A stretch of 59,078 nt of DNA, filler included, from Catajapyx aquilonaris (Eukaryota): the NCBI GenBank assembly GCA_000934665.2. It is 3 parts of 3 records of this genome, joined end to end, with 100 filler letters (N's around TTAATTAATTAA, not from the genome) between each part and the next. Parts side by side here need not be neighbours in the genome. Positions count along the whole stretch, not along the records: positions 19,728 to 39,353 come from JYFJ02006416.1; positions 39,454 to 59,078 come from KZ539532.1; 1 more part is not named here. One strand, given 5' to 3'. This document shows, piece by piece, positions 36,845 to 48,107 of the stretch. Positions within the stretch are counted from its first letter, which is position 1, and each line of letters begins with the position of its first letter. Made by a program: the position numbers and the translations under genes. Under the pieces are notes generated by a model. The model saw nothing but the letters and a program-made list of their open reading frames with translations, did not search any database and was not told the origin of the DNA.

Positions 36845-37109
36845 CTACATGAGAAATACAAAATAATATGTCCATAAACAATATATTACGTGAGACACCG
36901 AATATTAATCGTGATTATACCACTTTTAAAATAACAATACCCAGTGGCATCGCTAGGCAGGTGCGGGGGGTGCGGACCGCACCGGGTGACGCCCTCAAAG
37001 GGGGTGACACCCAAGTGATGTGTGAAATTTTTTGGAACCCTTGAGAGAATGTATGCTTTCTTTGCGGCTTCCACACATCGATGGAAACTACGGAAATAAT
37101 TTAAAGGTG

Positions 37110-37750
37110 TACGAGGTGTGATCAAAAAGTTCCCGGACTGTCGATATACCGTGAAATCCAGTGGAGGTACGAACTTGTGACGTTAGGGGGCGCTAGGTTA
37201 CACCTTTCATCTATTAGTCTGAAAAATTTCGTCTTCATAGGTGCGCATGTTTCCGAGTTTCGGCAGTTTTTTTGACACCGGGTTCTTGTGCTTCTGCGAT
37301 TTTTCGAAATCGCTTATGTTAGGGAGCAAAAGATTTGTAAATTTTGCTTCCAGCTCAACAAAACTTCGGATGCAACCAACCGAATGCTGAACAAGGCTTT
37401 TGATGAGCAAGTTGTAAGACAAGCATTAACATATGAGTGGTTTAACAGCTTCAAAGGTGGCGCGGCGCGTCAAGTTTGCAGCAAAATCAACTCAATGCTG
37501 ATCATTTTCTTTGACATTTTAGGAATTATGCATATGGAGTTTCTCCCTCTTGGTAAAACTGTCAACGGCAAGTATTAGGGCCTACTGGGATGGTTTGAGA
37601 CGATTTAGGCTCAAATGGCCGGAGATGTGGAAGAACATATAGACTGGTTGCTGCACCATGACAATGCCGCCTGCACACACCTCACGCGTAGTCAGGGACT
37701 TCCTGATAAAAAATAACATGACCACTGTTCCCCACCCTGCATATTCGTTT
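37110..37750 (+). mobile_element. Internally deleted, degenerate mariner transposon
   Basis: TIR-like TACGAGGTGTGATCAAAAAGTTCCCGGAC. Translated pieces EQKICKFCFQLNKT...YEWFNSFKGG (HTH), SKINSMLIIFFD..GIMHMEFLPLGKTVN and LLHHDNA.AHTSRVVRDFL...VPHPAYS match mariner motifs, with frameshifts. Confidence 0.9.
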
Positions 37751-37977
37751 GTCCTGGCCAAGGGGGTACTCACTTCGGTACTCCGGTGTACACCTGCAGT
37801 GGTACTCCTTGGTACTCCCTGGTGCTCCCAGACGATAAACAAATATGCCTCTAACTTCGGGAGCTTTTCCCTCTCGTGTCGTGCTTCCAATCCCAAGGGG
37901 CTAAAAAATGGTGCCGGGGATCGAACCCGGGACCTTTCACATGCAAAGAGAACGCTCTACCACTGAGATACACCCCC
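37750..37977 (-). mobile_element. tRNA-Ala(TGC)-derived SINE or pseudo-tRNA with 3' body
   Basis: Minus strand of 37977-37909 reads GGGGGTGTATCTCAGTGGTAGAGCGTTCTCTTTGCATGTGAAAGGTCCCGGGTTCGATCCCCGGCACCA. A/B boxes and the TGC anticodon are present, but the acceptor, D and anticodon stems have mismatches. Confidence 0.7.
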
Positions 37978-39353
37978 ACTTCGTAGGAGTTATTGCTTCA
38001 TTACGAGGAGACCTATGAACATGTTCATAACACATGATATTGAACATAATTTCATGTAGGGTGACACCATGTCCAAATCTCCAAAAGAAGGGCATAGATG
38101 CTCTGTATATGCTGTGTACAATACACACTATATTATACTAATAAATACGCCTTTTTTGCTTCAGCATAACCGAATCTACGATTTCAAACGTCCTATTTAA
38201 TGTCTCTGTCTCTATAAAGTGAGTGATGACCAATAGTTTCACAACTATCTGTTCTCTTCCTCAGATGCAGGACAGAGCTCCTGTTCACATAAACCCCCTG
38301 GAGGAGGAGGAGCAAGAAATGCAGAGAGGAACGCTCGAAGGAATATTGAAGCACCGTCATCACCGTCATGCCTAGCAGAATCTACATCTATACGTATGTG
38401 CGATTAAACAGACTAACTTTTTACATATAATGCGTGTTGTGCCCATATCTGTGGATCGGAAAAAACAAAAACAAGCTTGCTAATAAAGAACCTTAATTAT
38501 CCCTCAATAAATTATTCCTCGTTGAGATTCCAGGTCAATTACGAGGAATTTCGGTGTGCCAGGTCTTCAGGGAGGCAAGTACAGTATATTATTAAGGAAA
38601 TTTAGAATCAAAATGGCTTCAATTTTATAGCGTGTCATTGCATCTAAACATTAAAATCAGTTACTCAAGTATTCGTTCGAGTTAAACATTGGCCTGTATT
38701 ACAGTACTAGCTAATTACCCGCATATGCAGTATAGATATTTGTCATGTGTTGCATTGGTCTAGTGGCTAATATGGAGCTAATAATGGCAAAAAAATGAAT
38801 CTAGATAATGTGCGTCATACCTGATTTTCAGACAACCCAGTTCACAACTGCATCAGGTACTATCAATCTCGTTGAACCATTCGCAATGCTTAATTGTAAC
38901 CAGGAACCTCCCATTAAATGTGCATAATAAATGTTTCGAGCAGTCGGCATTATTAAGTTATTAATATGTTTTCTTTTAACTGATCCACGTTCATATTTTT
39001 AGATACTTTTTTGGCAATTTTTAATCCTTCATTTTGTACTCGTCAACACTACAGGATAGTAGGTGAGCGCTTCCTGCACATATACCCTCCTGAAGCCCAG
39101 AATTTTTTATTTTTTTATTATTTTTTTTAATTTTAATTTTTTTTTTTTTTCAATTTTAAACTCTTTTTTTTCAATTTTAAAACCCAATGGCTAGAGGGTT
39201 GTACGCTGGGCGTCAGGAGGATACTCGAGCAGAGTTAGTTATCTTTTCTTCATATTAATTTCTTCATATCAATTTATTATTGGCTCTCGCAGCGATCCAC
39301 AAGTATTTTTTCAATATAGAGCAGGATTTTATCTATGACAAGTTTTAAGCGCT

Positions 39354-39453
39354 NNNNNNNNNNNNNNNNNNNNNNNNNNNNNNNNNNNNNNNNNNNNTTA
39401 ATTAATTAANNNNNNNNNNNNNNNNNNNNNNNNNNNNNNNNNNNNNNNNNNNN
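39354..39453. other. Artificial contig-join spacer
   Basis: N44-TTAATTAATTAA-N44. Confidence 0.95.
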
Positions 39454-39662
39454 ATTAAAGCAATGAAACAAACTGTGATCTGGACAGGATATTACCTTAC
39501 AAATTTTGCAGATATTTTAATTAGTCGGCCTGACTATAGAGATGAGCCAGTCTTTAGCATCAAAGCTGCTGCGGTCCGGTGGTTTTCCGCTCTTAGGTCA
39601 CAACAGATCAAAAGGTTCTTTTTTGTTGTTGATGTTGTTTTTTTTGAAAAGGAGGTCACACT

Positions 39663-40075
39663 TTAAAGGGACACTCCACTCAAAAAAAAACAAGCTTGGC
39701 TCTAAAAATCGGGCAAAAAATCCTGAATCTGAAGGTGCAATCCGTTTTTCGCTACGCGGAACGGTAATCCCAGGGCGAGGGGTCAAAGTGGGGAAATTCA
39801 AATAGTGCGCTAGAAGCTGGCCGTCCGCCAGCGACGCCCTCGGGACCTTGAGAACTGGAGGGCTGCTCCCGCCTGCCCCCGCGCTTAAGCCAATCCCAGA
39901 GCGGTGCAGCCCTCCAGTTCCCCTGTTCCCCGCGTGGCGGCGCCGCTCATTAGCAGACGACACACTTTGACACCTCGCCCTGGGATTACCGTTCCACGTA
40001 TCGAAAAACGAATTGCACCGTCTGATTCAGGATTTTTTGCCCGATTTTTAGAGCCAAACTTGTTTTTTAAAAAGG
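39663..40075. mobile_element. MITE with ~105-bp subterminal inverted repeats (Kolobok-like left end)
   Basis: TTAA|AGGGACAC start. 39683-39790 is the imperfect reverse complement of 39963-40068, with a GC-rich core between them. The right terminus is not clearly seen. Confidence 0.6.
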
Positions 40076-42114
40076 CTTCGTGACTCTGTCCGCGGTGAGT
40101 CATCACTAGTGTCGCCATCTCTGTGAGAGACTTTAAAAATAATCGCTATAAAACCGCTTCCCTCGCATGCCTGCGGTTATCTCAGTTTTTCTAGGCCTGC
40201 GGTTGGGCAGAGATGGCGCCATCTATAGACTTCAAAGTAATGATGGGCAGAAGATTGTTTGCTGGATCCGCCGCATCCTGAGGCTACCATATCCCGCAGA
40301 GTAGTGCCTCGAAGCACAAGCACCTGGCATACAACTATCCGAATATTTAATAATAAAAAAATATGTTGGCATCGTGCTAATATGTGTAGAGAAGCGAGGC
40401 AAAGTTGCTGCTTATCCGGATCCATATTGAGTGGGTACAGTGATGTGTACTTAGAGAGAAAGGAAGAAGTATAAAGCAAACTTAGCTGCGAGCCGTAATA
40501 TCCGTTATATGTATACTGAAGGTATAGCAGTTTTATTCAGTGTCTCGAAGCCGAGTTATAGTAACAATGCCAAAAGTAAAGAGAAAGTTTTTGAACCACC
40601 CTCGTACGTATATATATGAGGTAAATCGGAATTGTCGAAATAATTTCGTCGCCACAGGTTTGTGCTGCGGTTTGGCGAAAAATAAACGTTTTGCACGTTA
40701 ACTATACAGGCTGGATAATCGCATAAATTTTGCAAGAGTTTATTGTGGCGCAACAGGTCTGTGCCAATATACAGTGCAATAAACCTGTAGTTTTATTACC
40801 CGCGCATATTTTGATGCCCAGTAAAGCTGTCCGGTCTCTCATAAGCGATATGACAGTTCAGGTTTTTGGAACGGACTTCAAATTGGCTTCATTTTTGCTC
40901 GCGCGAAGTCAATTTCGATTTGTAATAGCTGCAATTGCACGACAGTTTTATGGCTCGTGTCATAAGGTGCGGTGCTTTTGCCAAAAGCAAATCATATCGC
41001 AATATGTGTACTCCCACTCTTTGAAGTTTATATTACTATGAATCCTGTACAATGATTCAAACTTATGGGAAGCCGAGGATAATTTTATGCATTAAATTTT
41101 CCAGGAGATTAATTAATGCTCTTTTATGCTATAAAAATGTTCGTGTGCAACACAAATAATTGCATATGAAAACATTGTTGCAGTTCGCGCGCCTTAGTTA
41201 ATGAATTTAATTAACCTCGAGAATTAGTATAGTTCGAAGAAAGTAGCCGGAGGATTTAAAAAATGGCCATCAAATATTTATTGTTGACGGTACAGTATGC
41301 ACCTGCACTAATTACATGCGAAATTATTCGGTCGAATTATTTTCTGTGTCTCTTACGTATAGTCGTGTGTTAATGACACGAAGAAATAATATTTCAGTGA
41401 AAGTGCAATAATTGATGTGAGCGTGGTTCGTACTTTTCAATGTACTTGTTGCTTCTCTGTACTTGGTTTGCTAGAAGCGATCATCCTTACAGTTTCCTAT
41501 ATATACAGTTCTTCTTTGTACTGCTTTGGACAGTGCAAAACCTCGTCTGGAGCTCTTTGACCTCAGAATCTGCAAGTCAGATTCTGCATACATTTTATAT
41601 TATCTATATGTAACGGTACTCTCTCTTGCCTTCAAATTTAGGATCCTCAAGAGCAAAACACACGGACGTCAGCAGAATTACCTGCAGTAATCGTGCATAA
41701 TGCTGCTTTATTTCCCAGCAGGGAAAATATATCTCTGCGCAAAACCAAAGTGTATTACCCTCCCAAGGTGGATCTATACTGGCACGAACAAGATTTTCAT
41801 ATTTTGAGATATAGATATATAAGCCCCAACTCACTGAGGATCGTGCGACTTCCGGACAAACAGAGGCACAGGCTCGAGCCAATTCTACATAATATTGATG
41901 ACGCCCAATTTCGTTTGCGAGAATTTGTCGCCTACTCTTTTTATATATATACACCGGACGCGACGATTGGAATTTCCTTTTGGGGTCCCAGCAGATTCCT
42001 TCCTTTGGGACCCCTTGTATTTATTGGCTGGAATTGGCAACCACCTGTGAACCGGTTGGCAGGACTGGAGGAATTCTTTTAATCAAAAAAATTGGTCGCG
42101 GAATGTTCACTCTA

Positions 42115-42537
42115 CACTCTAACAAATCCCGGAAAAAAGATCACTTTTGTCCGGGTTAAATAACCATGACTAAGAAATGTCCGGGTTAAATAACCACGAC
42201 TAAGAAATGTCCGGGTTAAATAACCAAGACTAAGAAATGTCCGGGTTAAATAACCATTACTAAGAAATGTCCGGGCTAATTAACCACGACTAGAAATGTC
42301 CGGGATAAATAACCATGGCTAAGAAATGTCCGGGTTAAATAACAATGACTAAGAAATGTCCGGGTTAAATAACCATGACTAAGAAATGTCCGGGATAAAT
42401 AACCATGACTAAGAAATGTCCGGGTTAAATAACCATGACAAATAACCATGACTAAGAAATGTCCGGGTTAAATAACCATGACAAAAGTGATCCTTTTCCC
42501 GGGATAAATATATTTAACCCGGACATTTCTTAGACTG
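42115..42537. mobile_element. MITE containing about 11 tandem copies of a 30-bp unit
   Basis: TA|CACTCTAA...TTAGACTG|TA ends and subterminal IRs CCCGG...GATCACTTTTGTC / GACAAAAGTGATC...CCCGGG. Unit GTCCGGGTTAAATAACCATGACTAAGAAAT over 42149-42483. Confidence 0.75.
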
Positions 42538-45500
42538 TATAGCAACGTTTTCTTTTCGGTTACGTGCTGTTGGTACATTTTATTTTGAAAGCAGACAATA
42601 TGTGCAGCAGAAGACGCGTATATAGTTTTCTTGGGGAGTGCAAATTGGCATAAGTGATATTGATGACGTAGCAAAAAGGAAAGCTGGAGTGGCAGCCTTG
42701 AAATGGAAGGAAGTTGAGTGACAGCGAGAGCCAAATGCAGTTTGGATCCAAACCCTGCTGAAGAGGAGGGCCGCAGGTGGTTCCGACGCCTCCGACGCCT
42801 CTCTCTCCCCCACCTTGGGGGATTCTCCCTATGCACGATTTCAACCTGGAGCCTTTATGTCAGCAAACTAGATCTACTTAACCACCTTCCATGTGTTGCC
42901 AAATTTTTCGCCCACTCAAAATTTTTGCGGAGTTGGATAAAGTTGATTGGGGGGGACGGACTAATAAACTTATTAATAAGTTACCGGATGGGGGGGGAAA
43001 ACCTCTATTGGATTTCGTCAGGCATGATCCAATATTGTGGTTGAAAGGTTTTTCCAGACATAATTTTGGAATCTGAGCTAATTTTCTAGCCGAACTTAAA
43101 AGCCGTTATTTAGTTGCAGTTATTGTGATTCGCGGCCCCCGGATTTTTCGCAATTTTTATGCACTTTTTTGGCAAACATTGAAGGGGGAAAAAAATATTT
43201 AAAGAGCATGCACGATTCAGCTCAATATGTCCGCCACATTTTGACCAATTAAGATGGCAGTATGTTAATTACAAAAAAACACAATTATCTCGAGCTATAG
43301 CTACAGCAGATACAAAAAGTACAGAAATTGCAAAAAAATATAGATCGCAGAAATTTTTTTCCACCTAACTATAGCTGTACAAGTCAAAGTCTCCGTACAG
43401 AATACTTTCTAACCGCATTGAAAGTACTTGTTGCAAATCCGGCCAAGAAGTTCGCACTAACTTTGAAGCGATATAATAAGGGTGCCTGTAATTATTGGAG
43501 CAGAATAATGCATTGTTGCGGGGTGCCATGTTATGTGCAATTGAGGCCATAGGGCTTATTCCACTGGAGTAGCAGCTTAACACGCAGGGTGCGTATTAAT
43601 TATTTAACTAATTACATTTTCGTAATTGCGCTAACAGTGAAACCTGCAAGAGTAGCTGAACTGTAACGAAATATGTTTGCGAAATGGAGATAGTTTATTT
43701 GTTGTTGATCGTATTTAGACAATCAGCCAGTGTTTTTTTTATTTTGGTAAAACTGCAATTTTAGTGCTGATCCCGTTGGAGCACCCTGTACAGTACATGC
43801 TCTCAATGCAGATGAAAGTGTTGCAAAAATGTAGTGTTTAATCGCGGTTTTTTGCAATCTGGTGCATGGACTCGCCTTGGGGCCCATTTTATTTTGCGCA
43901 CCATATTGCAATTTGCAATCACGCATGGTAGTACGTAACATGAATTATTACTCGGTTTGTGCAGGAAGTTCCTCACAACTGGGAATAACGCCAAGTGACG
44001 GTACATAAGCCTTTTTGAACAAAAATAAATTCGCAATTTTTTATAAATTATGCAGCAAGACTCAGAATTAAGCTCAAAATTTGAATTGCTAATAAAGAAA
44101 ATGTTCTATATAGATCCTGGAGTTGAATTTATATGCCTATAAGTGTGCCGCAAAAATTAATTTTGCTCACTTCATGAATGCGTACTTATCCATGCAACAT
44201 TAATTAATTAAAATGAATTCACTCGATGCAATCGGAACCAGTTTTGCAATTCAAAAATATGCAGATTTTTTTTTTGCAACAAAAAATTATCAGCACCAAC
44301 CACCACTTTCAATTCCGCTACAACTCAGTTTGTTATTTTTATCTAGCTTACAGTTGCATAAATGGTGCAAAAATTAATTTACCCATAGTACATCAATACG
44401 GTACGTACTTATCCATGCAGTTATAATATTAATTCAAATGAATTCACGCGATATAATCGGGACCAGTTTTGCAATTCGAAAATATGCAGAATTTCATTTC
44501 GCAACAAATATATTATTCGCTTTCAAATTCCTTGAAAACTCAGTTTTTTTCTAACCAAAAGTGGCGAAAATTGTGCGAAAATTAATTTTGCTCGATACAT
44601 GCATACCTGCATTGAAATTAATTAATGCGATTAAATCGGGACGAGTTTTTGCGATTCCGGCAAATATTCGGGAAATATTTTTTTTTGCAACAAATATTGT
44701 TCAGCACCAACCACCACCACTTTCAATATTCCTCTTTAAACTCAGTTTGTTTGTTTTTATCTACCGGAGATTTGCAAAAAATTGTGCGGGTTTGAATCTT
44801 TCTATTCCTCTTAAACTCAGTTGGTTTTATTTGCCGGAGAGTTGCGAAAATTATGCGGGTTTGAATTGTTTGCCATAACTATGTTGCGAAAAGTGTGCGG
44901 ATTTGAATTGTTTGCCATATGTTGCGAAAAGTGTGCGAATATTAATTTAACTCCGTACACGAATATGTGCTTTTCCATGCAACGTTAATAAATTAAAATG
45001 AATTGACGGGTTTTGCAATATTCTCAGCAGATTACGCGAAATATTTTTCGCAACAAATATTGTCAGTACAAACCACGTCGTATTGTTGAAGGGATGACAA
45101 ATGGCAGCTATATAGGGGCTTACCTTTCGAGGGCTGTGTCTGACTGTCGGGGGGCTTTTGATGCGTCCAGCAGCAGCAACAGCAGCGACCAAAGTTTGCT
45201 TGTGTCGTGTGAACCCCTCGGGTTGGTATATGTGCAGCAGCAGAAGGCGACGACTTTAGTGCGTGTTGTAGTGCTGCATCGGAGGCATTTTAAACCAGGG
45301 GCAGATTCGACGCTGGCGACGCCCCCGGAACGACGCATGCGTCGATCTTACTAACACACACACACACACATTTTGGATGATGCAAAATGGATGGACCCCA
45401 CCGATGATGGGTGGGGGCGTCTTCTCTGAATGTTGGAAGAACTCTGGAGAATATATGAGGATGGATGACGATACTAGGGACAGGTCCCGGGGGAGGAAAA

Positions 45501-46469
45501 AAGACATCATTAGACCGCCTTGTGGATAATGTACTCATATTTTTCAATTACATACATGCTCGAGTTACAAGCTTTTTGTAACAATTAGGCGCATTTTTCG
45601 ACTTTATTATTGTGGGACTGTTCACATAGTACGTTACTTGACTCGTAGATGGCGCACCCTCCCTGTCTGTACAGTGCTGCCACTCTGCGGGATAAAGTGG
45701 AACTACATGCACGTGGTTGAGCTGTGATGATGACTAACCCTGGACAAACAGAAGCGCACCTTTCATCTTGTGGGCAGTGTGTACCCTTCTTAATCGCAGC
45801 AATTCATACTCTCGGAATCTGCTTTGTCCCATAAAGGACACCCGGGCCAATAACGACCTTTGTACACACGCACATTGTTTTCCTTTAAACAACCTGGGGT
45901 AATCTCAAAGGTGCACACACCTTCGTGATCCGGCCAGACTGGTCATGCAACCGGGTTTTTATCTCTGGTTAAAGGCTTAGTTAACGAGCTGAGATGGAAG
46001 GAGACATTTTTTTTTGGGGGGGGGGGAGGGGAGAAAAAGTTGGAAACTCATTAATAAACCGAGTGATGCGATGCGGAGTGAGCGGTACTGGTACTCACAC
46101 AGAGAGAGTTAATGACCATTTGCGTGCACTGGTGTAAGGCAGAAACGCATGTCAAATTATGATATTCCAACTTTGCGCGTAATTATCACTGAGAGCAAGT
46201 TTCTCAGAGAGACGACTCTACTTGATGTGGGTTGTGGATACAGTCCCTGTTGTGCAAACCGAGATGGGGAGGAGGAAGAAAAAATAGTGCGGAAAATGTT
46301 AATTCCAAGAGTGGTTCGGGCCACTGCTTTCGCGGTAAAACCACAAGTTGTTTTGATGCCATTTGCAAAATTAAGACTGAAAAGATAATCTGAGATCGTA
46401 GCGTTGGAAATAAGTGATCCACAATACACCACTATACAGATAGCTCACCAGGTTTTATTGATAATTCCA

Positions 46470-46765
46470 ACCGAAAGCTGTGGTAGCGGAGGGGATATGG
46501 TATCCTACTGCTAATCGGGAGGTCCTGGGTTCGAACCCCGGGGGCCGCCGTGGTTTTCTGTGGTTTTCCATGGTCCCACCAGGACAATTCCGGGGTCGTG
46601 TCCGTAATTATAGGCCACAGCCGCTTCCTTCCGTCCCTATCCCATCCCCAATAAGGAAAAAAGTAAAAATGCAAGAAAGAGTTCCAGACAGAAAAAATAT
46701 GGTGGTATCCCACCCCCCCTAAGAGAGCCCATGGCTCTATAGTACAGGGTACAAATTATTATTAT
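46470..46765 (+). mobile_element. tRNA-derived SINE (same family as 13820-14232), nested in another repeat
   Basis: Shares ACCGAA...TGCTAATCGGGAGGTCCTGGGTTCGA...AGGCCACAGCCGCTTCCTTC...CCCCTAAGAGAGCCCATGGCTCTA with the first copy. (ATT)n tail and TSD TTATTGATAATTCCA. The host repeat GATAATTCCAACCGTGCAAGCTGCGCG also occurs at ~48637 and, inverted, at ~52700-52765. Confidence 0.85.
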
Positions 46766-47900
46766 TGATAATTCCAACCGTGCAAGCTGCGCGAACTGTG
46801 GTGCGCACTCGGTTGAGCTCGTAAAAAAATTCTGCGCCTATCTGAATTTTTCTCGTGCAATTTCGCCATTGATTTTTGATATTTTAGAACTGATTTAGCA
46901 CAAATCTGCATTTCCTTTTTTTTTTAAAAAAAAAAAATAAAGTGTGTGGAAAGTAGATAACCAGTTGCTGCGGTTCCTGTGTCCACAGAAACACCCTTTG
47001 ACCTGAGCCTTGGGGTATTGATTCAACCAGACAAGAGTCAATAATATAGGCCCGGATTATAGGCCTACGCCTGCTGAAATCGTGTAGGCATATAACTTCC
47101 GGAAATGCGTTTGCAGAAAATGACTTACTAATAAACCCACCCCGGCTACTTAAACTTTCATAGACTGCGCGAAATGCAATGTTTGCGCTGTACAGGTGAG
47201 GGCTCCGGGAAAACTATCTGACGCGACCGAGAGAGAGAGAGAGAGANNNNNNNNNNNNNNNAAAATAAAATCGAGCATTAATTAAAAAAAGAAGCCCTCT
47301 TTGTTGCTCTGGTTTGTTTTTAATTTGTAGTCCCGGATATTTAAATTGGACGGAAAAAAATGCGATTAATGATGAGGTGGGTAATTAACTAATTTTGCAA
47401 GCACTTTGTAATACTTCGCGGATTTATGCTTGCTCAGGATTCGAGAGAAAATCACGCGCATAAAGGCAACAGAAAATTGTTTAGCAATTACAATTAATTA
47501 ACTCGAGAAATGTGCGAACTTTAGGATTTAAGCTTATTGCGAAAATCTACGTGTCCTATAGTTGATTTTGGCGATTTCGGCTTACTCTATAATCTCGTTT
47601 GAAGTTTTGGAGGGTTGCCTAACCTGCCGGGTGATTCCTATCTCCCTCCATCTATGTGAGGGATGTGGTACTACGTGGACTATAAGTAAAACTTCTTACT
47701 AAAATCTAAGACGGAATTATTGTTGTCAATTTTTCAGCGATTTCGGCTTCGTTATACATAGATAACCACCTGTTAAATTTTAGCGTGTTGTCTAACCTGC
47801 CGGATGAGCCCTATCATGCGCCATTTATGTGAGAGACAATGTACTACGGTGGGCAGTCTAGGAGCTTGTATTATAACTGCTTACGAGCCTTTAACCTATA

Positions 47901-48107
47901 CAGGGTGGTCCAAGTTCAAGTGTCGTTTTATAACGGCGATTAATAGAAGCGCTTAACGATGACGTAGCAGCGACGTGTAAAATTGCCCACGTCGATTGCG
48001 CCGAAGATGCGCCGAAGTGGGACATTTTACGCGTCGCTGCTACGTCATCGCAAAATCACTGCTATTAATCGCCGTTATAAAACGACACTTGAACTTGGAC
48101 CACCCTG
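47901..48107. mobile_element. Palindromic Tc1/mariner-type MITE
   Basis: TA|CAGGGTGGTCC...GGACCACCCTG|TA with ~90-bp inverted arms. Confidence 0.9.

Noticed and set aside
37909..37977. Functional tRNA-Ala(TGC) gene
   Set aside because: The acceptor stem pairs only about 4 bp, and the D and anticodon stems have mismatches. It is better explained as a SINE head or pseudogene.
41693..42082. 129-aa ORF after an acceptor-like TTTCCCAGCAG
   Set aside because: No recognisable motif or partner exon. It cannot be supported without a homology search.
42149..42483. CRISPR-like regular repeats
   Set aside because: The units are head-to-tail with no unique spacers, there are no cas genes, and the context is eukaryotic.
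47247..47261. Short N run beside (GA)n
   Set aside because: An ordinary assembly gap at a microsatellite.
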